Source: Octopus vulgaris (taxonomy: Eukaryota). From it: a stretch of 64,000 bases of DNA. The notes below the pieces were generated by a model. The model was given only the letters and a program-made list of their open reading frames with translations, had not been told where the DNA came from and ran no database searches. The stretch is taken from positions 10,974,001 to 11,038,000 of the forward strand of contig CATOCA020000001.1 of NCBI GenBank assembly GCA_951406725.2. The letters are read 5' to 3'. How positions within the stretch are numbered: position 1 is the first letter of the stretch; every line of letters starts with the position of its first letter. Of this stretch, positions 42,851 through 56,283 are shown piece by piece. The translations under genes and the position numbers were made by a program.

Positions 42851-43926
42851 TGTCTTTAATTACAATATGCTAATTACTGTCACCGTCTTTGAGCAGAACA
42901 AGATGAAGATCTCACTCAATAAAGGAACTGATTCTGAGTCATCACATTTGAAAGTTATCCTTTTGGTTTCAGAGAGTCAGTGATAGAGTTCTCTTTTCTC
43001 TGTTTTTTCAAAACGTCGTTTTTATAAATAAGTCTATTGTTACAAATTAAATTTAAATTTGAATATGTTCCTCTTAGTTTACATAATCAGTGACTTATTG
43101 TTTTGTACAACTTTCAGTAAGAAAGATCATTTTTATTATATTTTTATTGTGTTTTTACATCACATATAATCTTTGAATATTAGTTCATTCCAGGTTTTTG
43201 GAGGTCAAAATTAGTAAGATATGTCAGCAATTTATTCAAAATAATTTTATATAAAGGATGATACAATAATAATTTGTTTCTAAACCAATAATTTCTAATA
43301 ATAATTGCTTATCAATTTCTGAAATAAATTTGAAGTAATTTAAATAATTTTATGTTAAATTTCAAAATAATCAGGTCTGTTCACTCGTATCACGTAAGAA
43401 TCCAATAACAATTGGACAATACTTACGAGTTGCGTTTCACTAAATTTTCAAATTTTAAATTTATGGATTATTTTTTATATGTACAATGGTAAAGTTTGAC
43501 GTTTTGCTGAAAATCTACAATAACTATTGAGTAACAATGATCATAATGGTAGAATACAAAATAAAGAACATGCAACCATTGCCACATTGGGAAAACCTGC
43601 CTTAAATCACTACAGAACAAATAGAAACATCCATAGACACGTCATATATTACATAGAAATACTATTCCTATATGCCATAAAAAATGAATGGTTGTCGATT
43701 ATTGTCAGAAAGAGAATCGATTCACCAAACACGATGTGAATCAACAACATTGAATTTCTGATGAAATCAATTATAGGTTCTTGTGTAGGAAGCTGATAAT
43801 TAATTTCAATTTAAATCACCATACTGGAATGAGTTCTTACCGCATTGCTTCAATATGAAGAAGAAGCTTAATAGAGGACACTCAACAGAACCATATCACT
43901 TATTACCGTTAAATATCTGTGTTAAT

Positions 43927-45030
43927 CCAGCAGAGAAAACCGGCTTTGCTCGGGATTAAAATAGCATAGTTTTTTAATTGTTTTACTTGTTTCGGTATTA
44001 CGACACGATTTCATTCGGGTCTACACGGGCCACATTTTCAAGATGAGGAATTCCCCCTCCAAAAAAAAACAACTTTTATTAGAAATTGGTAATGTAAAAA
44101 AGGCATGCCAAATGTTTAAACAGAATTTGAGAAGTGATTGAAGAAACCTCGCGGATGCAGATGTGAAGGGCAAAGAATGACGGGAAAATGCTGGAAAAAT
44201 ACAAAACACCAGTCTGGTCTCTGCACAAAACTGAAATAGTATAATACGACTGCACTTGCAATGTTTTGGATACAATATGTAGTCACACCCAACCTAATTT
44301 TGCGGAATCAGTGTCGGGACGTGAACCCATGGGTTGGGAGTTTGACTGGTGGCAGAGGTGGTCAGTTTGCAGATGCGGCCAGCAACATGAAGACGGTGGA
44401 TGCAGTTGGGCTAAAAATTTGAGAAAGTTACAATGACCCCAGCGACGGGAGAGTCATGGCGGAAGATTCAAAAGTGTTCTTGCAGGGCTTCTTTGTAGAC
44501 GACGTTCCTGGTGTTGCCCGGATTACCAGAAATGAAGAGATTGTGTGGACTGCCGACACGGGAGCATCCGACGTATAGGTGACCGTGGATAAATAACTGC
44601 TGTGTCAGATTTAGGCCAACTACTTGTAACGACTGTCTCCGTGCCTTGTAGATGCTCATTGACGGGAAACTGCCGTCGCGTAAATTCAAATGGCACCGCC
44701 GAGGGACTAAGGCTCATGGGGCTTAATAACTTTGTTACGCCAGCAGATGGTCCGCTCAGAATGATTGTCGTCAGAATTAAGGTCCCATGTTTTTGATGAT
44801 CAGACGCGTACCGTTGCATAGTTCTGGTGGTTCCACGTTTCTTAGCAGCATAACTGGAACACCAATCTTCAGTCTAAAGTCATGAGGTGGAATTCCGGGA
44901 GGTAGTTGGCTGTTGAGGATTTCAACAGGTGTGCAAATTTTCAGCACAATCCGACTACATTTACTAACAATTTTGCCTGCACAATTGTTATGTGAGACAA
45001 CGTCCGCCCTTTTCACAAATATATATTAGA
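43927..45030 (-). mobile_element. Non-autonomous Helitron 1 with a RepHel helicase C-terminal remnant
   Basis: 5' TC at 45030-45029; 3' hairpin (CCG..CGG) followed by CTGG at 43930-43927; helicase remnant inside. Confidence 0.8.
44468..44932 (-). pseudogene. PIF1-like (Helitron) helicase C-terminal fragment
   Basis: PPGIPPH...[12 protein letters not shown]...LCNGTRL, F.RRQFPV, HGHLYV.CSRV and TRNVVYKEAL. Confidence 0.93.
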
Positions 45031-45395
45031 ATAGCAGAGATACCCGGCCTTGCTCGGGATTAAAATAGTATATTATTATTTTACTTGCTTAAGTATTATA
45101 ACCCGATTTCATTCGGGTCTACGCGGGCCACTTTTTTAAAAGATGAATACTTTTGCCCTAGAGGTCACGCCTTTCCATTGAGCAAAGTCAAAGTTGCCAT
45201 GCAAACTAGCCAGCACTTTTAACAGAGTTGTGCATATTTTCAACTCAATCCGACCACATATGCACTCATTATATGCACAACACACACACACACACACATA
45301 TATATATGTATATACATACGCATTAAATATATATACTAAATATATATACGCATTATGTATACATATGTAATCACATTTTATATATATATAAACAT

Positions 45396-45430
<35 letters not shown>

Positions 45431-46100
45431 GATAGATATAGATATTTACACTTTATATGTATATATATATACATACATTATATATATGTATATAAAATAT
45501 ATATATATGTACATTATATATACACATTATACACACACACACACATATATATATACACATATAGAAATTAACACAATAAATATCTGATCACTATATGTTA
45601 TCATGACTATGCAGGGGTGGTGGGCGATAAGAATCCACCGTTGCAAAAGACCTGAGGCGGGAATATTTAAACTTTTCGGCTGTCAACGGTTTCCTTCCTT
45701 AGATACAGACTGATGTACAGAGAGAGAGAGGGGTGATGGGAGGAAGAGTGATACAGAGATGGCGAAGGCGGAGAGGTAAAGAAAGTGGAAGCTGTCGAAC
45801 GTTGATATAGAAAGAAAGTGGAGGGAAATTATGAAAGCGAGAGATCGAGGAAGACAAGTTGGTAACCGCAAGTGAGAAACGACAAACACTTGTCAAAGTC
45901 TGGGTTTTGTTGCCCTAGTAACCACAGCTTTTGTGATGGAGATTTCTAACCTAGTCAAGTCGCTTTCTCGCCTCATTGTACATGTCCCTGTAAATTTACG
46001 CCGAATTCCGAGCACGCCTACTGCCATTGAAACCTGCATAACCACTAAATGAAACACGCAAACATGTAACATTCGCCCATTTTACTTTTATATATAGAGA
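45031..46100 (-). mobile_element. Non-autonomous Helitron 2, no coding remnant seen
   Basis: 5' A|TCTCTATATATAAAAG at 46100; 3' CCCG-AGCAAGGC-CGGG hairpin, then CTAT. The last ~105 bp are homologous to Helitron 1. Confidence 0.75.
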
Positions 46101-46112
46101 TAAAAAAGACAT

Positions 46113-46351
<239 letters not shown>

Positions 46352-46354
46352 TAC

Positions 46355-46584
46355 TCTTTTAATCTTTTTACTTGTTTCAGCCATTTGACTGTGGCCATGT
46401 TGGAGCAGAGCCTTTAGACGAGCAAATCGACGCAAGGACTTATTTTTTTGTAAGCCTAGTACTTATTCTATCGATCTCTTATGCCGAACCGCTAAGTTTC
46501 GGGAGCGTAAACACACCAGCATCGCTTGTCAAGCAATGTTGGGGCGACAGATACAAACACACAAACATACACACACGCACACAC

Positions 46585-46649
<65 letters not shown>

Positions 46650-46767
46650 CGATGGGCTTCTTTCACTTTCCGTTTACCAAATCCACTCACAAGGCTTTGA
46701 GTGGCTCGAGGCTATAGTAAAAGACACTTACCCAAGGAGACACGCAGAGTGACTGAACCCGGAACCA
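46355..46767 (-). mobile_element. tRNA-derived SINE with its head truncated by the GAAA tract
   Basis: Same family as 41715-42123; ends at GACTGAACCCGGAACCA. Confidence 0.8.
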
Positions 46768-46828
46768 AAGAAAGGTAGAATGAAAGATAAACGAAAGGAA
46801 GAAAGAAAGAAAGAAAGAAAGAATGAAA

Positions 46829-46865
<37 letters not shown>

Positions 46866-47280
46866 GAAGGAAGAAAGGAAAAAAGAATGAAAGACTGACA
46901 GGAAGAAAGAAAGAAAGAAAGAAAGAAAGGAAGAAAGAAAGAAAGAAAGGAAGAAAGAAAGAAAGAGTGACAGGAAGAAAGAAAGACAGAAAGAAATAAA
47001 GAAAGGAAGAAAGAAAGAAAGGAAGGAAGAAAGAAAGGAAGAAAGAAAGGAAGATAGGAAGAAAGAAAGAAAGAAAGAAAGGAAGAAAGAAAGAAAGAAA
47101 GAAAGGAAGGAAGAAAGAAAGAAAGACTGACAGGAAAAAAGGAAGAAACAAAGGAAGAAAGAAAGGAAGGACGAAAGAAAGAAAGAAATAAAGGAAGGAA
47201 GAAAGAAAGGAAGTAAGAAAGAAGGAAAGAAAGAAAGAACAAAAGAAACGAAGAAAGAAAGAATGGAAGAAAGAAAGAAA

Positions 47281-47333
<53 letters not shown>

Positions 47334-47623
47334 GAAGGAAGAAAGAAAGGAAGAAAGAAAGAAAGAAAGAAAGGAAGGAAGAAAGAAAGAAAGGAAGATA
47401 GAAAGAAAGAAAGAAAGAAAGGAAGAAAGAAAGAAAGAAAGAAAGGAAAAAAGAAAGAAAGACTGACAGGAAGAAAGAAAGAAAGAAAGCAAGAAAGAAA
47501 GAAAGAAAGAAAGAAAGAGAGGAAGAAAGATAGAAAGAAAGGATGAAAGGAAGAGAGGAAGAAAGAAAGAAAGGTAGAATGAAAGATAAACGAAAGGAAG
47601 AAAGAAAGAAAGAAAGAATGAAA

Positions 47624-47656
<33 letters not shown>

Positions 47657-48083
47657 GAAGAAAGAAAGAAAGGATGGAAGAAAGGAAAAAAGAATGAAAG
47701 ACTGACAGGAAGAAAGAAAGAAAGAAAGAAAGAAAGGAAGAAAGAAAGAAAGAAAGAAAGGAAGAAAGAAAGAAAGAGTGACAGGAAGAAAGAAAGACAG
47801 AAAGAAATAAAGAAAGGAAGAAAGAAAGAAAGGAAGGAAGAAAGAAAGGAAGAAAGAAAGGAAGATAGGAAGAAAGAAAGAAAGAAAGAAAGGAAGAAAG
47901 AAAGAAAGAAAGGAAGGAAGAAAGAAAGAAAGACTGACAGGAAAAAAGGAAGAAACAAAGGAAGAAACAAAGGAAGAAAGAAAGGAAGGACGAAAGAAAG
48001 AAAGAAAGAAATAAAGGAAGGAAGAAAGAAAGGAAGGAAGAAAGAAGGAAAGAAAGAAAGAAAGAACAAAAGAAAGGAAGAAA

Positions 48084-48128
<45 letters not shown>

Positions 48129-48134
48129 GAAGAT

Positions 48135-48188
<54 letters not shown>

Positions 48189-48410
48189 GAAGAAAGAAAG
48201 AAAGAAAGACTGACAGGAAGAAAGAAAGAAAGAAAGGAAGGAAGAAAGACAGTAAGGAAGATATACATAAAGAAAGAAAGACTGAAAGGAAGGAAGAAAG
48301 AAAGAAAGAAAGAAAGAAAGACTGACAGGTAGAAAGAAAGAAAGGAAGAGAGAACGAAAGAAAGAAAGAAAGGAAGAAAGAAAGAAAAAAGAAAGACAGA
48401 AAGACCGAGA

Positions 48411-48492
<82 letters not shown>

Positions 48493-48654
48493 CTGACAGC
48501 AAGAAAGAAAGAAAGAAAAAGGAAGGAAGAAAGAAAGAAAGGAAGAAAGAAAGGAATGAAGACAGAAAGGAAGAAAGAATGAAGGAAAGGAAGAAGAAAG
48601 AAAGAAAGAATGAAAGAAAGACAGGAAGAAAGGAAGAAAGAAAGAACGAAAGAT

Positions 48655-48689
<35 letters not shown>

Positions 48690-48714
48690 AGAAAGGAAGA
48701 AAGAAAGAAAGGAA

Positions 48715-48763
<49 letters not shown>

Positions 48764-49197
48764 TAAGACAGAAAGGAAGAAAGAAAGGAAGAAAGAATGA
48801 AGGAAAGGAAGAAAGAAAGAAAGAAAGAAAGAACGAAGGATGGAAAGAAAGAAAGAAAGGAAGAAAGTATGAAAGAAAGAAAGAAAGAATGATTGAAAAG
48901 AAGAAAGACAGATAGAAAGAAAGAAATGGAGAAGGAAAGGAGGAAAGAAAGCTAGTGAAAAAGAGGGAAAGAAAGGAAGGAAGAAAGAGAGAGAGAACGA
49001 AATAAACAAAGAAAGAAAGAAAGGGAGAAAGAAAGGTGGAAAGTAATAAATAAATAAAGAAAGAAGCAAAGAAAGAGGGAAAGAAAGAAAGATAAGAAGA
49101 AAGATAAAAATGTAGAACGAAAGACAGAAAGAAAGGAAGAAATAAATATAAAAAAGAAAGGAAGAAAGAAAGAGAGAAAGGAAGAGAGAAATAAAGG

Positions 49198-49229
<32 letters not shown>

Positions 49230-49305
49230 AAAAAGAAAGGAAAGGAAGAAAGACAGAATGAAAGAAACAAAGAAGGAAACTAAGAAAGAGAGAAAAATGA
49301 CAGAC

Positions 49306-49340
<35 letters not shown>

Positions 49341-49420
49341 AGGAAAGAAAGAAAGGGAGAAAGAAAGAAAGAGTGAAAGGAAGGAATAGAGAAAAAACTA
49401 AAGGAAGAAAGAAAGGTGAA
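46768..49420. repeat. ~2.6-kb (GAAA/GGAA)n polypurine tract
   Basis: Direct reading. Confidence 0.97.
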
Positions 49421-50572
49421 GTGATTCTGCAATGGAGGAGGAGGTGAGAGAGGGAGAAAGAGGAAGAAGGAGAGGAAGAGAGAAAGAGCGAAATAGAAGA
49501 AAATGTTTTGAGTAGAGAGGGAAAGTATGAGTTGAGAGACGAAGAGAAAAAGGCGAAATGTTAATATATAGAGGGGGAAGAGAGAGGGAGAGAAGGGAGA
49601 GAGAGAAGGAGAAGGAGAGAGAAGGAGAAGGAGAGAGAAAACATGAGGAAGAACTAGATGGGGAGAGAGAGAGAGAGAGAGAGAATCAGATATTCACAGA
49701 GACATACAGACAAAGGGAGAGAGAGAGAAAGGGATGTGAGAGAGAGAAATGAAGGTGGCAGAGAGGGGGAGAGGGAGAGAGAGTGAAAGAAAGAGAGAGA
49801 GAAAGTGAGAGAGAGAAATAGAAGTCAGACAGGGAGTGAAATATAAGATTTGCATAAAAGGGAAAGTATGAGGCAAGAGTGAAAGTAAAAGAGGAGGAGT
49901 GATAGGATATTATGTAAAGCAGTGAAAGAGAGGGAGAGAGAAAGAGACATAGAGAGAGAGAGAGACACTGATATATATATGTTTGGTGAGTGAGGGGGAG
50001 GATGAGGTGAGCGATATTGCAAGGGAGGTGGAGTGGTTAAAATAAATAAATAATGAGTTACTGAGAGGAAGGAGAGAAAGAGGGAGAAGTGAGAGATAGA
50101 AAAGGTGAAAGAGAGGGAGAGTGAGAACAAGTGAGAGGAAGCATATAATGAGGGGGGAGGGAGGGACAGATAAAAGATAGAGAGAGAGAGAGAGAGAGAG
50201 AAATTGATGGCGAACGAATAAATATATTAATAGAGGAAGAGTAAGAGGTAATAAAGAAAGTAAAAGGGGCGGAGTCTTATTGGATTATATAATGAGGTGG
50301 GAGTGTTAGAGAGAGAGAAAGGGCGTTGTCTTAAGCGGGAGAGTGAGAGGTGAGGAATATTGGAGTGGGAGGAAACAAGACAGACGAACCAAGGGTAGTA
50401 ACTCTTCTTGCATCCCTTTTTGCTTTCAACTGTATTACTTTCCGTTGTGTTAAATAAAATCTGTTTTACTGCGCAGACTCTGAAGATATCCAATTAGAAT
50501 TCAATGTAAATAAGAGATCGAACTATTTAGAAAACATTATCAATAAATATCGAACACTTCTACACATAACAT

Positions 50573-50950
50573 AGGCGCAGGTGTGGCTGTGTGGTAAGTA
50601 GCTTGCTAACCAACCACACGGTTGCGGGTTCAGTCCCACTGCGTGGCATCTTGGGCAAGTGTCTTCTGCTATAGCCCCGGGCCGACCAAAGCCTTGTGAG
50701 TTGATTTGGTAGACGGAAACTGAAAGAAGCCTGTCGTATATATGTATATATATGTATGTGTGTGTGTGTTTGTGTGTCTGTGTTTGTCCCCCTAGCATTG
50801 CTTGACAACCGATGCTGGTGTATTTAGGTCCCCGTCACTTAGCGGTTCGGCAAAAAGAGACCGATAGAATAAGTACTAAAAGGTGGTGCTCCAGCATGGC
50901 CGCAGTCAAATGACTGAAACAAGTAAAAGAGTAAAAGAGAGAGTAAAGAG
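50573..50950 (+). mobile_element. Full-length tRNA-derived SINE (octopus-type)
   Basis: GGCGCAGGTGTGGCTGTGTGG..GGGTTCAGTCCC...CAGCATGGCCGCAGTCAAATGACTGAAAC, with an AAGAGTAA-type tail. Confidence 0.85.
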
Positions 50951-51684
50951 TATAACTGATTCGTTTGACTTTTGACATTTAGAATTTCGCCTTTTTACAC
51001 TTCCGGTTCTTACTCTTTAATTCCCTCTTTTCTGCAATCTGCACAAGACCTCTGGAACTGCTAGATATCACAGCCAAAGCTCACATAAGGAATGGTAAAC
51101 TATCAAGCTTCATTATTATTTTATAGACGCTACATCAAATATCCTTTTTTATATGAAACAACATCGCAGATCCGATGTCCCTTGGTTGATGTTTCTCGAA
51201 GGATGCGAGACATTATAGAAGTGAGTTTCTTTCATAAATTCACCGTAACTGCCTTTCATTTACATAAAAAATGAAGGATTAGACTCTGAGAATATGAAGT
51301 CCCTTGTTTTGTGTTTGGGGCTGACTAAAAACCCCTCTTAAAGTGCCTTTCAATTTTCTATCAAAAGCAACGCATATCTTCGTGTACTTGGTGGTTATTT
51401 CTAGCGTGATGGGAAATTATTTATAGGACAATTCTTTTTATAAATGTTTCATAAATTTTCAATCACTGATTGAACTATTTAATTACTTCAATTATGAATT
51501 ACACATTAATTATGTAATTAATCATTAGTTACATGATTTATTTGTTTCTACTCAACAGAAACTAGAGAAAAAAAATTAAGGCAAAGTTGAAAATATAATT
51601 TATTAGAAAGAAAGTAGCGTCTCAGAAATAAAAAGAAAGGAAGATGGAAAGGGTAAGATATAATGAGGAAGAAAGCGGAAGGGA

Positions 51685-51720
<36 letters not shown>

Positions 51721-51767
51721 AGAGAGAGTGACACATAAGGAAACGACATTATCGTATAATGTGCAAG

Positions 51768-51803
<36 letters not shown>

Positions 51804-52128
51804 GAGAGAGACACAGAGAGAGAGAGACAGAAAGATAGAAAGAGAGAGAGGAAAAGAAAGAGAAAGTGAAACCTACGGAATCGGCATTAATGTATAATGT
51901 GCAAAGTGAGAGAAAGAGGGAGTGAGAGAGAGAGAGATGTGACATAGAAACGAAGATGGCAGAGAGGGAGAGGAAGAGAGAGAGAAAGAGAAAGAGAGAG
52001 AGAGAGAAAGAAAGGAAGAGAGAAAAAGAGAGACAGAATGAAAGAGAGAAAGAGAGAGACAAAGAAAAAGAGAGAGAGAGAAAGTAAGGTAGAGAGAAAG
52101 AGAGACATAAAGAGAAAGAGAAACAAAA

Positions 52129-52163
<35 letters not shown>

Positions 52164-52319
52164 CTGATATATATTTGATGCAAGAGGAGAGAATGAGGTA
52201 ATATAGAAAGGAAGGCGGAGGTGTGTTCAAAATGAATATATGAGAGGCTGAGAGAAAGGAGACAAAGAGGGAAAAGATGATTGAGGTGTTTTGGTAGACG
52301 GGAGAGAAAGGGAGAGAAA

Positions 52320-52945
52320 GAAGAGTGTCGGAGTGATATAGAAAGATATATAGAGTAAGGAAGGGGAGAGAGAGAACGGAGGAATGAGAGAGAGAGAGAA
52401 AGAGAGGGAAAGAGAAAGAGAGCATGAGGCAAGAGAGAGAAAGAGGGAGTGACGGAGTGATATAGAAAGATATATAGAGTAAGGGAGGGAGAGAGAGAAA
52501 GGAGGACTGAGAGAGAGAGGAAGGGAGGGAGAGAGAAAGAGAGCATGAGGCAAGAGAGAGAAAGAGGGAGTGACGGAGTGATATAGAAAGATATATAGAG
52601 TAAGGGAGGGAGAGAGAGAGAAAGGAGGACGGAGAGAGAGAGAAAGGAGGACTGAGAGAGAGAGGAAGGGAGGGAGAGAGAAAGAGAGCATGAGGCAAGA
52701 GAGAGAAAGAAGAGTGACGGTGTGGTATAGAAGGATATATAGAGTAAGGGAGGGAGAGAGAGAGAAAGGAGGACGGAGAGAGAGAAAAGAGGACGGAGAG
52801 AGAGATGAAGGGAGGGAGAGAGAAAGAGAGAGAGGCAAGAAGAGAGAGAAGAAGAGTGACGGAGACGGCGTGATATAGAAAGATATATAGAGTAAGGGAG
52901 GGAGAGAGAGAGAGAGAGAGAAAGGAGGACTGAGAGAGAGAGAGA
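52320..52945. repeat. GA-rich minisatellite, 5 copies, ~120-145-bp period
   Basis: GTGATATAGAAAGATATATAGAGTAAGG recurs from ~52333 to ~52870. Confidence 0.9.
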
Positions 52946-55171
52946 GGGGGATTGAAACAAAATGCTATATGCGTTTAGTAAGGTTTAGAACGGGAGGCGG
53001 GGTTAAGACAGAAAACAGAGTGGGAGGATTCTGTAATAAATAATGAGATGAGAGAATAGAAAGAGATAGAGAGACAGAGAAAGAGGGAGCGAGAGAGAGA
53101 GAGAGAGGACGATGAATATATTTGCAAATAGAGGAAGGGTAGGAGGTAATAAATGAAATGGGTGGAGTCAAGGTGAATTATATAATTAGATGGGAGGAGC
53201 GAACGGTAAGGATAGTAACTCTTCTTGCATCCCTTTTTGCCTGAAACTGTATCAGGTTCTGTTTTGTGAAATAAAATCTGTGAAGATTTCCAAATCTTTC
53301 TTTTTTCCTTCTTCTTTCTTCCTTCCTTCCTTCCATTCTTTCTTTCTTCTTCCTTTCTTTCTTCTTCCTTCATTTCTCTCATTCTTTCTTTCTTTCTTTC
53401 TTTCGTTCATTCGTTCTTCTTTCTTTCTTTCCTTCTTTCTTTCTTTCTTCCTTCCTTCCTTCTTCATTTCTCTCATTCTTTCTCTTCTTTCTTTCTTCTT
53501 CTTCATTCTTTCTTTCTTCTTCTTTCTTTCTTCCTTCCTTCATTCTTTCTTTCATTCTTTCCTTCATTTCTTCATTCTTTCCTTCTTTCTTTCTTTCTTT
53601 CTGTCATTCTTTCATTTCCAAATCTGTTTTAATGTAAATAATTCATTGAAGTCTTTCGAAATTGGCGAATATGTTTAGGGAAGAAGAAAGGAGTGTTTCA
53701 TTGAGACCTTACGTTTTTTTAAGGGCTTCAGTCATTGCACAGCGGCCAGGCTGGAGTAAACTTTTCAGGAATTTCAATTGAAGGGAGTACTCCAGCATGT
53801 GCGTGTGTGTGCGTGCGTGCATAATACTTCTGTCGGTAACTTTTGCCAAACGACTAAGTTACTTTCTTTCTTTCTATTTTCTTTCTTTCCTTTTTCTTTC
53901 TTTTTTTCCCTTCTGTCTTTCTTTCTTTCTTTCTTCCTTCGTTTCTCTCATTCTTTCTTTCTTTCTTTCTTTCGTTCTTTCGTTCATTCTTTCTTCCTTC
54001 TTTCTTTCTTCCTTCCTTCCTTCCATTCTTTCTTTCTTACTTCCCTTTCTTTCTTCCTTCCTGCGTGTGTGTGCGTGCGTGCATAATACTTCTGTCGGTA
54101 ACTTTTGCCAAACGACTAAGTTACTCTGTCTTTATTACCCACAAGGGGCTAAACATAGAGGGGACAAACAAGGACAGACAAACGGATTAAGTCGATTACA
54201 TCGACCTCAGTGCGTAACTGGTACTTAATTTATCGACCCCGAAGGATGAAAGGCAAAGTCGACCGCAGGGACGTAAACAACCAAACACTGGTCGTGAAGC
54301 CATGGGGTTTAATAAAATGTAAACACACACACGCGCGGACACACATACATAGAGTAAGTCTGTAATTAATCATTAATTAAATAATTAAATACATCGATCC
54401 GGTGTAATAATGAAAGTTTCAGAATTCCTCGTGCCTTTCAGCTGCATTTGGTTCCAATCGTTCACACTTACATCTCAATACAAATCATAGGTTGGATGCT
54501 GCAGCAACTGAAATCACAAGTCAACGCGCATTCGCGTTTCTTCATCCTTTTTCCCTTTGTGGATGCGGCCAAGCTTCCATTCGGCGACGCAATACACAGC
54601 ACTTAGAAGAGGGTCAGACTTAATTCACCTGTTTAAACAAGTTTCGTGCAAATCGTTCGCTCTGATGAAGCGTCAGAGAACGTTAAGGATATTCTCCTAA
54701 GCTTAGCCTCGCATCATGCTAGAAATAACAGCCAGGTACCACATATCGACATTGTTTTTGCTTTTCAGTTTATTGTCTTTTTATTCCCATCCTGAATGCA
54801 GATGGTGAAGTCCATGGAGACACGTTCCTTCTCTCTCCATAGATGCGACCTTCTTTGAGCTAGAAACAACAGGCAGAGTACCCTCAGCCATATCTTAAAT
54901 CAATTAGCAATTTTGGAATATATTTCACTTTGAAAAGAAATCACATTTAATTTATTTGGTTTGCAGATTTTTCTGTATTCTTTCTTTCTGCGCGTGAATA
55001 CTTAAAACGAAAGATTATCGAGATGGATGTCAGCTGAATTAAAAGAAACGATATTACAGCCATAGCGTGAAATATTTCACGCCTCCTTCTCTCCATGAAT
55101 ACATGTGGAGCAGAAAGTTCAACTATCAGAAACATGTATCCGAAGATTTTATTTGTTTTATCAACTAAAAT

Positions 55172-55332
55172 TACAGACAGGGCTTTACGGTAAGAAAGTT
55201 GGTTCCCAACCGTATGGTTCCAGGTTCGGTATCACTGCGTGGCGCCTTGTCCGAATGTCTTCTGTTATACCTTCGGGTCGACCTAAGAGTAGACTTGGTA
55301 GACGGAAACTGAAAGAGGCTCTTCGTATACAC
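55172..55332 (+). mobile_element. Diverged 5' half of the tRNA-SINE, abutting the inner end of the right arm
   Basis: GGTTCGGTATCACTGCGTGGCGCCTTG...TTGGTAGACGGAAACTGAAAGAGGC. Confidence 0.7.
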
Positions 55333-56245
55333 ACACACTTTCTTTCTTTCTTTCTTTCTTTCTTTCATTCTTCTTTATTTGTTTCTTTGTTTGTTTGTTT
55401 CTTTCTTTCTTCCTTCATTTCCCTCATTTCTTTCTTTCTTTCTTTCTTCATTTCTTTTTTTCCTTTTTCTTTCTTTCTTTCCTTTCTTTCTTTCTTTCTT
55501 CCTTCCTTCATTTCTCTCATTCTTTCTTTCCTTCCTTCCTTTATTTTCCTTATTTCTTTGTTTACTTTCTGTTTTTCATTTCCTTCTTCTTACCCTTCAT
55601 TCTTTTTTTCTTTCTTCCCTCTCATCTTTCCTTCTTCAATCCGTCTTTCATTTTTCTTCCTTTCTTTTTTCTGTCGTTGCTTCGTTTCCTTTCCTTGTCT
55701 CCTTTTTCTCTCTCTCTCTCTCACCCTGCTCTTATCCTTCTCACTTTCTTTCCTTCTTTTTTCCTTCTTTCTTTCTTTTTCTTTTTTTCCCTTCATTCTT
55801 TCTATCTTTCCCTCTTTTTCCTTCTAACCTTCTTTCTTTTCTGTTTCCCTTCTTTCTTACTTTCTCCCTTTCTTCCTTTATTTCTCCCTTTCTTTCTTTC
55901 TCTCTTTCTTTCTTTCTTTCTTTCCTTTCTACTTTCTTTCTTTCTTTCTTTCCTTTCTACTTTCTTTCTTTCTTTCTTTGTTTCTGTCTCTCTTTCTTTC
56001 TTTCCTTACTGCCTTTTTTCCTTCTTTCTTTCCTTACTGCCATTCTTTCCTTCCTTCTTTTACTTCCTTATTTCCTTCATTCCTTATTTCCTTCTTTCCT
56101 TCCTTCCTTCTTCCTTCCTTCCCTCCAGCCTTCCTTTCTTTCTTTCTCTCTCCCCGCTCCCATTTCATGCATTATTACAGAATCACGTTACTTTATTCCT
56201 TCCTTGCTCTTTTCTTTCTTTCCTTCTTTTTTTCTCTTTTCATTC

Positions 56246-56283
<38 letters not shown>

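Noticed and set aside
46687-49270. Very long F/L/S-rich or K/E/R-rich ORFs (e.g. 852 aa), also at 27-29 kb, 34-35.6 kb, 51.6-53 kb, 55-56.5 kb and 61-63 kb
   Set aside because: Stop-free translation of CT/GA microsatellite; no coding signal.
54654-54683. CTGATGA as a hammerhead ribozyme core
   Set aside because: It forms a simple hairpin; no properly placed GAAA or three-stem junction.
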